DNA from: Rebecca billardiae RCC1528
Taxonomy: Eukaryota; Protista; Haptophyta
Assembly: GCA_965240325.2 (NCBI GenBank)
Contig: OZ251222.1
Location: 4,340,001-4,404,000 of the forward strand
DNA length: 64,000 bases
Direction of reading: 5' to 3'
Below are positions 22,161 to 32,547 of the stretch, in pieces. Made by a program: the position numbers and the translations under genes. The first letter of the stretch is position 1, and each line of letters starts with the position of its first letter. The notes beneath the pieces were generated by a model, which saw nothing but the letters and a program-made list of their open reading frames with translations, searched no databases and was not told the origin of the DNA.

Positions 22161-22587
22161 CTCGCGCTGCGCGCGCTGGCGGCCCACGTGACGCGCGTGG
22201 GCGGTCAGCTGCGCACAGCCAGCCGCAGCATCTGCTGCGCCCCGCGCGGGCCGCTGGGCGCGGGCGACGCGTGGGGCCGCCTGTGACGAGCGGTCAGCAG
22301 CAAGAGGCGCGCTGATGTCGTCATTGTCAGTCATTGCAAGACTGCTTGCCGCAGCACGCGCGCGATGGACGCCGCGCGCGGATAGGATTTGCTCTGCTCC
22401 GCGCGATGATGAGCCGCGCCAGCCACTACTGTCTAACTACTGATGATGATGATGCCAAGCTCATAAATACGTTTATAATCGTCGTCATCGTGATAGTGAT
22501 GAGTGCTGCATGTCGTATCACCGTGTGATGTCACAGTCGTCCGACCGGTCGAGTATCAGATATCGCGATACTACAGATAGTGATACT

Positions 22588-22720
22588 GAGACTGAGAGAG
22601 AGATCGAGAGAGCAGACGAGAGAAAGGAGATCGAGGGAGAGAGAGATCAATATATGGCGGCTATGATGATGTATCTCTCGTCTCTCTCTCTCTCTGCTCT
22701 CTCTCCCTCTCTCTCTCTCT
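22588..22720. repeat. GA-rich tract followed by a CT-rich tract (imperfect inverted low-complexity repeat)
   Basis: gagagagatcgagag... then tctctctctctc..., separated by a short spacer. Confidence 0.75.
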
Positions 22721-22867
22721 ATAGTCTGATTGACGACGCGTCTGACTCAGACTGTCACTGCTGCCGTATACTGATTAATATCGGACTCGATCACTTCCCG
22801 GAACCGTTCGGAGTCATAGACGGTAATAACACTACAGGCAATCGCGGGCAATAAGGAGCTGTCACGT

Positions 22868-23320
22868 TAAGAAACTGGGGCTTGCTATCTGCGGATCTGG
22901 CCCGTAGAAACTGAGACTAGCGATTGGCTGGTTCGCTACACGCATAGTCACACTAACTAAGAAACCGGGACTACGTCGTCCCGGCTGATGACGAGTGGTC
23001 GTCCGCCGAGCGGGCGAGGCGCAGTCGGCCCGCGTCGGGGACGCCGGCGCGCGGCCCGACTACGAGTACAGGCCAAGTCCCGACTTCTCCTGATGACTGA
23101 CTCCTGGCCAGTGCACCGCAGCATCCATGCAACATCATGCCAGATTTATTGCTCCAAAAAGGCCCAAATTTTTCGTCGGCCTTGCCGGCCGGGCCTAAAG
23201 ACTCAGCGGGGGGCTCTGCCCCCCTGCGCCCCCCGCGCCTGCGCGGCGGGCGGACCTAGCTAAGAAACTGAGACTCCGTAGGCGCTCGGGCTACCGAACG
23301 GCTAAGAAACCGAGGCTAGC
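22868..23320 (+). repeat. Five dispersed direct copies of the motif (T)AAGAAACYGRGRCT
   Basis: Copies at about 22868, 22905 (variant TAGAAAC), 22958, 23261 and 23303. Confidence 0.75.
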
Positions 23321-23722
23321 TGACGTGAGATCTCTGACTTCTTATTGGAATATTGCCCGCGATTCGGCCTGTACGTTCGGTCGCCAGTCACGGTATCATG
23401 CCCATCAGATGGCGCGCGCGGCATATGCTGCAGCAGGCTACTTCGTCCGCTGCATGCAGCATGTCCATTGTCCGCGGGCGGGCGTGACGGCGTGCTGCGA
23501 CGGCGCAGGCTTCGGCCATCGACTCATCACGACCGTGCGCGCGTGATGACCCGGTCCAGGACGGACGACCTGCCCGTCGGCGGTGCCGGTGCGGGCGTCT
23601 GCGGACCGGCCGGGCCCGGGCAGCGGGCCAGCCGCGCCGCAGGCCAGGCCTGAGGTCACCGCTGGGGCAGGGCTGCGTGGTCGCTGGCGGCAGGCGCGAA
23701 CGGGCCGGCAGTCACTCCGCGG

Positions 23723-25138
23723 TCAGGCCGGGGATGGCCAGCCACTGCGCAGTGCAGCCAGCGCCGAGCCTATCGACGCACCGAGATCGTCGCCATGTTG
23801 TTCTGCGGGAGTCACCTCAGCAGCTGTTCGTTCATTGCCGACGCGAGGTGTCGTCGTGCAGCCTCTTGGCGATGCATCGCCGTGCCGCCAGTCAGCCCGC
23901 GCAGCGCTGTCAGCCTCGTCGTCCGCGCCCGCAGGTGCGCCCGCACCGCTGAGGTGCCGGCTGCCACTCTCGGCCGCTGCCCAGAGGCCCTGCCAGTGCA
24001 CGGCCGACGGGCGAGGGGGCTCGGGCGGCCGGTCGAGAGTGGCAGCGGGATGGCCGTAATGCAGCAGCGCCGGCGCGCCCCGGGGCACGCCCTCGCGGCC
24101 GAGGGCAGCGTGCAGGGCGGGAGGGATCTGCCCCTGCGCCCAGTGCTGGAGCGCATGCGCCGCAAAGGCAAGCGGCGCCAGTGCTGGGCTGGCCGAGGCG
24201 CACGTGGGCGCTGCCCGGCCAGGCGGGGCGGCGCAGAGCTCACAGCGGCCTGTGCGGCTGACCGTAACGCACACGGCTGGCTGCGTCTCTGACACCTGCC
24301 CGCCCAGCGCGACGCCGCCTTCGCCATCCCTCACCGCACTGTCGCCCCCGAGCTCGCGCGCGGCCGCAGTGGCGTAGCGTGCGGGTGGGTGGGTGGCGCC
24401 CGGGGGAGGGCGGGTCCACCAGTTGAAGAGGAGCGTCTGACGAGTCCAGCGGGTGCTCGTGCGGTGGGAGTCCCCGGAGCCCGCGGCGCCTCCATCCGCA
24501 CCCAGGCCCGCCCCTCCGTCTGCCCGAGACAGTGCGGCCGCCGCTGCTGGCTCGGGCGCGCGCGCAGGCGCCATCACGCCGTGGAGCAGGTCGCCTCGGA
24601 ACAGCAGCCAGCGCCCGCGCTCGGGCGGGCAGACGAGCGCGCGCGCCGGCGCGGGCGGGAGCGCGCCCGTCCCCGCCGCGCGCTCTGCGTCGAGCGTCTG
24701 CTCGAACACGACCGTCGGACCGCCTGCGCTGCCGAGGTAGAGCACGGAGGCGACGAGGGGATGCGCGCTCACGATGCGCTCCTCGCCGATGTCGTCTGTG
24801 ACACGCGCGGCGCACTTGTCCGTGTGCAGCTCCTTTGGCAGCTCGTCATCGTCCTGCTCTTGCCACCACCACTCCACACCAATCACCTCCGCGCCGTCCG
24901 CCATGGTGCGCAGAGCTGAGTGCTTGGACAGCTGCAGCGCGGTCGCCTCAATCCGATTGGTCGGTGGGCGCGACAGGTCAAACCAGTATGAACCGACGGT
25001 GAGCGCGTGCACAGCGTCGCTGTCGGGCTCGTACTCGAGAAAGGCGAGCAGCTCCAGCTCTTCCCGCGCGCTCTCGACCACAGTCGGCGCGAGAGCCTGC
25101 CTCACGACCAGGCCGAGTGGGGGGGCCGGCGCCGCCAT
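23723..25138 (-). CDS. 2-oxoglutarate/Fe(II)-dependent oxygenase-like protein
   Basis: GVEWWWQ, LHTDK (HxD), HPLVASVLYL..AGGPT, FRGDLLHGV (distal His) and RQTLLFNWW (2OG-binding Arg). Confidence 0.8.
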   Translation of the reverse strand: MAAPAPPLGLVVRQALAPTVVESAREELELLAFLEYEPDSDAVHALTVGSYWFDLSRPPTNRIEATALQLSKHSALRTMADGAEVIGVEWWWQEQDDDELPKELHTDKCAARVTDDIGEERIVSAHPLVASVLYLGSAGGPTVVFEQTLDAERAAGTGALPPAPARALVCPPERGRWLLFRGDLLHGVMAPARAPEPAAAAALSRADGGAGLGADGGAAGSGDSHRTSTRWTRQTLLFNWWTRPPPGATHPPARYATAAARELGGDSAVRDGEGGVALGGQVSETQPAVCVTVSRTGRCELCAAPPGRAAPTCASASPALAPLAFAAHALQHWAQGQIPPALHAALGREGVPRGAPALLHYGHPAATLDRPPEPPRPSAVHWQGLWAAAESGSRHLSGAGAPAGADDEADSAARADWRHGDASPRGCTTTPRVGNERTAAEVTPAEQHGDDLGASIGSALAALRSGWPSPA

Positions 25139-25291
25139 CGTTTATTTGTAGCAAGGGCGGTAAGGGCTGTCAACTCCCAGTGGCGCCGAGTGGCGGAGGT
25201 TGGGCGCCCCTCAACTCGTGCGGCCTCGTGGCGCAGCGGCGAAGTCTCCTGGGGCGCCGCCCTGGAGGGCGCGTGGGGTGCGCACGCCGCG

Positions 25292-26140
25292 GGCTCCTGC
25301 GCCCGCGGCAGCGGCCGCGGACACGGCGCGCGTGGTTGGTCGCATGCTAGACAGCATGTAGTACCCTCCCACGCCGCGCGCCGCGCTCGCCGGTGCCCTC
25401 GCCGTGCCTCAGGCCAGCCGCGCACGCGCGCCGCACCAATGGCCAGCCGTGGCCACGCGCCAGCCGCCGGCGCGCGCGCGGTGCGCGGTGCGGTCGGCGC
25501 GGGTCGGGCGCGCGCCCGGGGCGAGGCTCACGTGTGGTGGGCGCGCGCCATGCCGCCTCGCGCCGCCGCACACGAGCTTGATCACGTTCCACGCGGCTGC
25601 TGAAGGGTGCTCGTCGAGCATTCCTCGGCCATCAGAAATGAGCTTGGACAAGCGGCTGTGAGCGCATCAGTGCGAGGAACGCGAGCACTTGGGGGCTCGC
25701 GTGCCTTATTAGGAGGCTAGTCGTGCACATATCAGTGGTCTGCGCTTGTCTATCACGCGTCGCTGCCTTCCCATGATCGTCTCAACATGAGCATTTTCAA
25801 ACATGGCAATGCACACTCGACAGCATGATAACGCGTGCGCGCCGACCCATGCGGGCGCCAGCGCGGCGGCGCGAGGCGGCATGGCGCGCGCCCACCACAC
25901 GTGAGCCTCGCCCCGGGCGCGCGCCCGACCCGCGCCGACCGCACCGCGCACCGCGCGCGCGCCGGCGGCTGGCTCGTGGCCACGGCTGGCCATTGGTGCG
26001 GCGCGCGTGCGCGGCTGGCCTGAGGCACGGCGAGGGCACCGGCGAGCGCGGCGCGCGGCGTGGGAGGGTACTACATGCTGTCTAGCATGCGACCAACCAC
26101 GCGCGCCGTGTCCGCGGCCGCTGCCGCGGGCGCAGGAGCC
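25292..26140. mobile_element. Nested foldback/MITE-like element (about 850 bp) with inverted arms of about 278 bp, inserted in the left TIR of the larger element
   Basis: 25292-25569 is the reverse complement of 25863-26140 (one mismatch seen), with CGCG on both flanks. The sequence after 26141 (gcttgggacgtcaacccccga) resumes similarity to the reverse complement of the right TIR. Confidence 0.8.
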
Positions 26141-27331
26141 CGCGGCTTGGGACGTCAACCCCCGAGATCGGGCTCGCAGCAGCCCGGACACGATGGCGCG
26201 CCCACGAGAGGCGCGCGTGCGCCCGCCTACCGGCGCTGCAGGCCGGCGCGGCTGATCGGCGCGGTCCGCAGGACACGTGGGCACCGCGCGCGCCTCTTTT
26301 CCTGTCCTCTCGCGCTCCTCGCCGCGCGCAGTAGCCCGCTGCCAAGCCATCAACGCCTGCCAAGCGAGCCGGCGCGCGCACCAAGCGCGCGCGCTCGGCG
26401 CGGATAGGGCCAATTAAGGTCGGGGCACGGCATGGGCGAGTGGGCACGCATGTTATACACCGCTCGGGCGCACGCGCCCGGCGTTCTGCGCGCGCCCTTG
26501 CCACTGGCAAGTGCTCGCGCACTGCGCGCGTAACTCACGAATGGTGCACCTCGCGGCAGCCCGCAGGGTATGCTCTGCATGGAGGCATCCTTCGCTTCCC
26601 AGCGGGCGAATCGGTGCCAGCCGCAGCCTGGGGGTCGTCTGTGAGTACCCCGGTCCAAGATGCCCCATGGGCACGCTGATACGGGCCGCCATGTCGTCGA
26701 TGCTGCCGAGGAGTGCCGAGCGGCCCTGCTCTGTGACGTCCCGGCACATGGGCCTTGTCGACTCTCGACCTTCCGCTCCGAGTTCATCACGCCAGACGCA
26801 GGCGATGCCGCTGTGGACGCTCGCGTTCGACCACTTCGTACCCACCAGACCGGCCCTTCTGTCTCTGTTGGCGTCGGTGGCGTGCGCGCGCGCGCGCGTG
26901 CCGCCTGCCACAGTACAGTAGTCGGTGCCGCGGACGCGTCACGCGGTGCCGCGTAGCGACCTGCTCGGATCTAGTCGTCGCTTTAAAATAAGACTGCACA
27001 CAGCCTGGTTGATTTACATATACATCGTCATAATCACTGCGCGATTTGCTGATGCATCAGTGTCATCAGCGCTCATCATCACATATACATTTATCGGTAC
27101 AGTAGTTTCAGCGGCGCGCCAAAGCGCACAGCACGCGCGCCGTGCAGAGGTGAGCTCGGGCACGACAGACGGTCCGCGCGCGTCTCCGTCTTGACCGAGA
27201 ACTTCATCGCGGTGGCGATGGCGGACTCGTGCTTGGCCGCCGCCTGCCGTGGCATGATCTCGCTCGACGACGCACCCGGAGGCGGTGACGCGCACGGGCA
27301 GGCGCTGCTCGCATGCCCGTTCCTCACCCAC

Positions 27332-28078
27332 TCACAGATGCCGAGCGCGCGGCATGCGGTGCACTGTGCCAGCGCTGGCGCGGGGCACGCGCGCGCGCTC
27401 GCGCTGCCGCCATCGCCCGCGCCGGACTTCTTCGTCTTCTTCTAGGTGGGCGTCGAGCCCGTCGACGGCGGTTCCATCTCTCGCCGCTGCTGCCGTACCC
27501 GCGTGCTCTGCGGGCGCGGCCGCGGCCGGCGGCGCCGGCACCTCGAGACCAGACAAGAGGCGCGCCGCGGCCGCGACGAGCGCGCGCATCAGGTCGCCAG
27601 CCGTCACCTGGCCGTCGAGAGGCTTGAGCGCATCCTTGTGCGCCGCCGACAGCGCGCACACCGCAGGGCGTACGAGCAGCTGCCGCACGGCGCACACAGC
27701 TGTCGCGGGCTGCATCCACATCACATTTCGAAACACCCGCTTCCGCTCGGCGCCAGCGCCGCGCCACTCAACCGCGGTTTCGATCGAGCGGTATTGGGCG
27801 GGCTCGCGGACGACCTCGAAGCCGACGATGAGGCCGAGCGCATCTGCGGCGCCGGGAAGCAGGAACCCGCCGGTGCCCTTGCAGTTGGCCGGTGCCGGGA
27901 ACCAATCCACCACGCGCACAGCATGGAGCGCAATCGCTCCAGGAGCGGGCGCGCCTGCGAAGCGGAGGTCGCCCCCAGCACCGGCTGTGAAGCGGGCAGT
28001 GTACACGGACAGCGCGCCGTCCTCGCGCGCGAGGATCACGCCGTCTGGGAGGCCGTCAGTCAGATTGACGCGCGCCAT
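27332..28078 (-). CDS. Hypothetical ORF carried inside the TIR element (possibly a captured or decayed gene)
   Basis: ATG 28078 opens MARVNLTDGLPDGVILAREDG..., which has protein-like composition but no recognised family. The 3' part is low complexity. Confidence 0.4.
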   Translation of the reverse strand: MARVNLTDGLPDGVILAREDGALSVYTARFTAGAGGDLRFAGAPAPGAIALHAVRVVDWFPAPANCKGTGGFLLPGAADALGLIVGFEVVREPAQYRSIETAVEWRGAGAERKRVFRNVMWMQPATAVCAVRQLLVRPAVCALSAAHKDALKPLDGQVTAGDLMRALVAAAARLLSGLEVPAPPAAAAPAEHAGTAAAARDGTAVDGLDAHLEEDEEVRRGRWRQRERARVPRASAGTVHRMPRARHL

Positions 28079-28166
28079 GCCCGCCGCAGCGGCGCAGCGC
28101 CTTGGCGACGGCGAGGCGCACGCCTGGCCTGACGCCGTTCGCAGCAGGCGGCGCGCCGGACTCACC

Positions 28167-28210
28167 TCCCGGACGGCACCCCCCCCACTGGGGGGGGTGC
28201 CGTCCGGGAG
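28167..28210. repeat. Near-perfect hairpin (about 20-bp stem) adjacent to the right TIR
   Basis: ctcccggacggcaccccccc-act-ggggggggtgccgtccgggag. Confidence 0.85.
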
Positions 28211-28912
28211 GCGCAATCGCTCCGGACTGGTTCGGGGGTTAACGCCCCAAGCCCGCGGCGTGCGCACCCCACGCGCCCTCCAGGGCGGCGCCCCAGGAGA
28301 CTTCGCCGCTGCGCCACGAGGCCGCACGAGTTGAGGGGCGCCCAACCTCCGCCACTCGGCGCCACTGGTCAGGAGTTGACAGCCCTTACCGCCCTTGTTT
28401 GTAGCCAGGAGGGGGGCAGGCTGCAGGCTAGACGCGAACCGCTTCGACCTGAATGAAGAGTTTGACGGTTGGTCAGGACGCCTTGGACCAAGGGCGGTGC
28501 TGGACAGCGGGATGGATGATGCCTTTTTTTTTTAAATTCCCCTTTATAACGGGCTCCGGGTGATCAGGCTGGCGGCCGAAGCCTCCAGCCCTACCCTGGC
28601 CAGCCCCCTGCCAATAATGATTTGACGATGAGCCAATATGCTATACGGTAGTGAGCCAGCGTCACGGTGACGCGCTGACCGCGGAAACTAGTGTTACTGC
28701 TGGCTGCCGCGTCGGCACGGCACGCACCTGCTGTCACAGCTGGTGCTGCCAATTATGGGGGACGCGGAAGTCATGGCGGGTCCGCCACCCGCATCAGACG
28801 GCCTACTGCGCACCTCGTCGCACCTCGTCGCACCCGCACGAGGCGCACCACGCGCCCAGCCGCGCTCCGTGTGCCCCTGCGAGCCTCGAGCGGCGTGCCC
28901 TGCGCCGAGCGC

Positions 28913-29704
28913 TCAGCGCGTCCACTGCGCGGCGCCTATCTCCGGGAGCACACGCACCTCCACGTCCCCGTACACCTGCGTGATGCACGCGAGGCGGTAC
29001 GAGCCGGGGTTCTCGCGCAGCGTGCTCGCCTCGTCGAGCGACTTGCGCGAGCACCGCTCGCCCCCGTCGCGCACGTCGACGATGCACGTCCCGCACAGCT
29101 GCTTGCCGTTACAGTTGGTCCAGCGCGTGAGCGAGCGGTACACGTTCACCTTGCGCTCGGTCAGCTCGTCGCGCAGGTTGCAGCCGGTGGGCGCGGTGAA
29201 GGCGAGGTCGGGCTGGCCGTCGCGCACGACGCGGATGCTCACCGTCGGTGGCAGCCCCTCGTACCCCACGGACTGCTGCAGCTCCTCGCGCCCGCCCCGG
29301 AACAGGGTGAGCCGCATGCTCTCGCCCTCGGCCTTGGACATCACTTCGGTCACCGCAGACATCTCCGCGCCGACGAGGTTGGTCGAGCCCACGCCGAGCA
29401 GCTGGTCGCCGATGGCGATCTCGCCGCACAGCTCCGCCGCGCCGCCGGGCACCAGCGCCAGCACGTACGGCCAGCATAGGCTGAGGTCGCATCCAAAGTC
29501 GATGCCGGTGCGTCGGTCGATGGTGACCGAGTAGATGCGGTCGTCCTTGGCGACAGGCCGGCCGCGGCCCTGGAGCGCGCGCCGTTCCAGGCGCGATGAG
29601 CCGGGCATGCGCGCCCGCGAGCTCGTCCAGGCGCCCACCGCGGGGAGGATCAGCGCAATCGCTGCGGCGAATGTCGCGGCGCGGGCGCGCGTTGAGGCAG
29701 CCAT
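28913..29704 (-). CDS. PDZ domain plus 2Fe-2S ferredoxin protein, probable bipartite plastid-targeting sequence
   Basis: Signal-like FAAAIALILPAVGA-W; PDZ-like TGIDFG..GGAAELCGEIAIGDQLLGV..LTLFR; ferredoxin NCNGKQLCGTCIV...YRLAC. Confidence 0.85.
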   Translation of the reverse strand: MAASTRARAATFAAAIALILPAVGAWTSSRARMPGSSRLERRALQGRGRPVAKDDRIYSVTIDRRTGIDFGCDLSLCWPYVLALVPGGAAELCGEIAIGDQLLGVGSTNLVGAEMSAVTEVMSKAEGESMRLTLFRGGREELQQSVGYEGLPPTVSIRVVRDGQPDLAFTAPTGCNLRDELTERKVNVYRSLTRWTNCNGKQLCGTCIVDVRDGGERCSRKSLDEASTLRENPGSYRLACITQVYGDVEVRVLPEIGAAQWTR

Positions 29705-29874
29705 TTTCGCCGGCGGGCGTCGACGCGCCGCGCGGCCGCCGCCAAGCCCAAACCCCAGTCCAGCCAATCAGAAAGGCGGGAGTCCGCGGAAGACCCGTAA
29801 TACCCTCGTCATCTGCAGTCTTCCTCCGCCATCACCACGTCGCTGGTCGCGGACCGGCAGCACGCGAACTCGCT

Positions 29875-30980
29875 ATGGCGTCGGCTCTCACCCCGCTGAT
29901 GAAGGCGCGCGTCGACCTCGCGGCAGTGTACCGGCTGCTTGACAAGATGCACCTCAACGAGGGCATCTGCAACCACCTCACGGCGATGGTGCCGGGCACG
30001 ACCGACCAGTTCCTCGTGATCCGGTATGGGCTGCTCTGGTCGGAGGTGACGGCGAGCAACCTCGTGCTGATCAACGCGGCCGGGAAGATCATCGAGGGCG
30101 AGGGCCCGGTCGAGACGACCGCCTTCGAGATCCACAAGGCCATCCACCTCGCCGACCCGGCCAAGTACCAGTGCGTGCTGCACACGCACATGCCGTACCT
30201 CTCGACGCTCTGCTGCATCGAGCCGATGGAGCTCAAGGCGCGCGCGCGCGCACGGCCGCCGCCGCGGGGGCGCGCGGGTGGGGATGCGTTCGGCATGGCG
30301 CCTCGTCCGCCCACCCGCCGCCCCGCCCTCCGTGCCTCCCTCCCCGCCCCGCGCAGATGGTGCACCAGAACTCGTGCAGGTTCTACGAGAACGTCGCGTA
30401 CGACCCGCAGTTCAACGGGCTGGTGCTCGACGACAAGGAGGGCGAGCGCCTGGCCAAGGTGCCGCGCGTGCGCGCCACGCTGGCCGCCCGCGCCGCGCGC
30501 GCCGGCGTGACCGCGCTCCCGCCCCACGCGCCGCCCCCCGCGCGCGCCCCCAGATGATGGGCGGCAAGACTGTGCTGATGCACCGCTCGCACGGCGTGAT
30601 CGTGTGCGGCGCGACCGTCGCCGCGGCGTTCGACGACCTCTACTACCTCGAGCGCGCGGCGCAGCTGCAGGTGATGGCGCTGAGCACGGGTGCGCAGATC
30701 TCGCTCGTCGACCCCGAGACGGTGCGCGCGCTTATGCGCCCCCAGCGCGACGCGGCGCACGGCCATGGACGCGCGCGCCCCTTGATTGACGCGCGCTCCG
30801 TCCTCGCGCCCGCCCCCGCCGCAGTCCAAGCACGTCAAGGAGCAGATGGACGCCGGCAAGCTGGAATGGGCCGAGCAGCACCTCGAGGCACTCAAGCGCC
30901 AGTTGGGTCGGGAAGACCCGGAGTGGCCTGGGCTCAACGGCTGCGGCGCTGAGAACGGCGGCAAGCGCGCACGCAAGTAG
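29875..30980 (+). CDS. Class II aldolase/adducin family protein (candidate DsyD-like DMSHB decarboxylase); 4 exons
   Basis: DLAAVYRL..LNEGICNHLTAMVPG, FEIHKAIH, CVLHTHMPY and HRSHGVIVCG..AAAFDDLYYLERA. Introns are 30238-30356 (GC-AG), 30459-30553 and 30722-30824. The family call is firm; the substrate is inferred. Confidence 0.88.
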
Positions 30981-32547
30981 GCGACAGCTGGGGCGAGCAC
31001 CGACGCTCCCATGCCCCTGTCGGCACCGCCGTGGGCTTGCTCGCCATTGTATCCTACTGCTCAAGCTCCTCTGTTGTTGCTGTATACTACCACGACATCT
31101 ACTACGACATCAGCGCGCGGCCGCGCGCGCTGAGGCAGCCGCAGCTGCCAGTGAGCTGGGCCGCGGCAGCATGGGCCATGGCGGTGCCGCCCGCGCCGCG
31201 GGCGGTCGTGTACGTGATGGCAGTCGTGGCTCTTGTGGAGTTGTGCCGACAGTCTACAATTATCACAGACACAGGACCGCCCTAGATTGCCGAGTCAGTC
31301 GACACTGCATGACTCATAGTCACAGACAGTACAGAGTGTCGGCACTGTCGCCGGCGGGCGGCGATTGTCAATAATGTCATTGACGTGACTCGACGATTCG
31401 GATGATGCACGGTAGTCGAGTGCCCTGACTAATGGCCTGACTATTTAGTTTGAGCTGGCACCAGCAGTAGTTACTTTCATTATTCATATATATATATTAT
31501 TTCGTCTAATATTGAGTTTCTATTATAAACGGGACCGCACGCGGACCGACACAGTGGCCCCATTCAAAACAGTCGTCCGTACTCTGTGATTAATGAGGAA
31601 GTCGGAGGACCTAGCTACTGGCATCATCGTTTTATTTCCGTATACGAGCCAGCGGCCCAGTGACGGCAACATGCCGACGACATTCATCGATCGCCCGACT
31701 AATCTGGCACTGGCAGCAGCCTGTGGCCCGCTAGGCGCTAGCGCCAGGAAGTTCGGGGAAGGACCGAGCAGCTGCTGCATGTGCTCAGTGCTGATGAATA
31801 ACTACTACACTTTCTACTTATTACTTATACATAGCAGTGCGACGCGATCGCTTGCGTCCGTCGGACCAAAGTGATTAGTGAATGCAGTAGATCGAATGAA
31901 AGGATTCGATCAGATCATCAAATCATCAAGATATTGAAACTATATTATTATAAGATTATATTATATATAATATGTTGAAAGGCGGCCTGGTTGAGTGGTT
32001 CGGGTCTGGCGAATCATCGGAATGGCCGAATGACGACCACGTCCACTGCACGGCTGCACGCGGTGGCCCGAAGGCCGGACCGCTACATCGGGATACGAAC
32101 TTTACATCCGCCGCCGATATATATATAGCTAGCTAGTATACAGCGCGTCGTTGCTCTCTCGCGTCGCGTTCACTGCATAGGTTGACGCTGACTGCCGAGC
32201 TCCAGCACGCCGTGATCGGCGTGACAAGCGGATCCCGCCCACAGTCTGCAGCACCGCCCGCATGCCGCGCCAGTTGCGATTGGCACGGCTGCCGTCGTGT
32301 GCGGCTCGTGCGTGTTCGAGTTGTATGCAATGGACTCCGTTTCGCAGCAGGGTGCGTCGAGCCGGTGGTCGATGGGATCGGAATGAGCCGCAGCGCAGCG
32401 CACAGCCATCAGCCGCGCTGCAGCAGCCGGGTTGCAGTCGCAAGAGTACAGCCCGTCGCGTGGGCCGTCCGCCGGCGCGGCAACGCGGCGTGGGCCGCCT
32501 CGCCCGATGCTGCACTGCCGAGTGCCGGGCGGGCCGCCGCGCGCCGC

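Larger units (their letters stand above)
25152..28397. mobile_element. Non-autonomous TIR DNA transposon (about 3.25 kb), CAAGGG...CCCTTG termini, 7-bp TSD TTTGTAG (P-superfamily-like)
   Basis: Near-perfect inverted repeats of about 140 bp (25152-25291 vs about 28255-28397). TTTGTAG occurs at 25145-25151 and 28398-28404. No transposase motif was recognised inside. Confidence 0.85.

Noticed and set aside
22868-23320. CRISPR-like array
   Set aside because: The repeats are only about 14 bp, degenerate and irregularly spaced, the context is eukaryotic, and there are no cas genes.
23723-25138. 2OG oxygenase as part of the DMSP-like cluster
   Set aside because: It is separated from the cluster by a TE and the ferredoxin gene, and nothing links it to the pathway beyond proximity.
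27332-28078. Transposase gene
   Set aside because: No DDE or THAP motif is recognisable.
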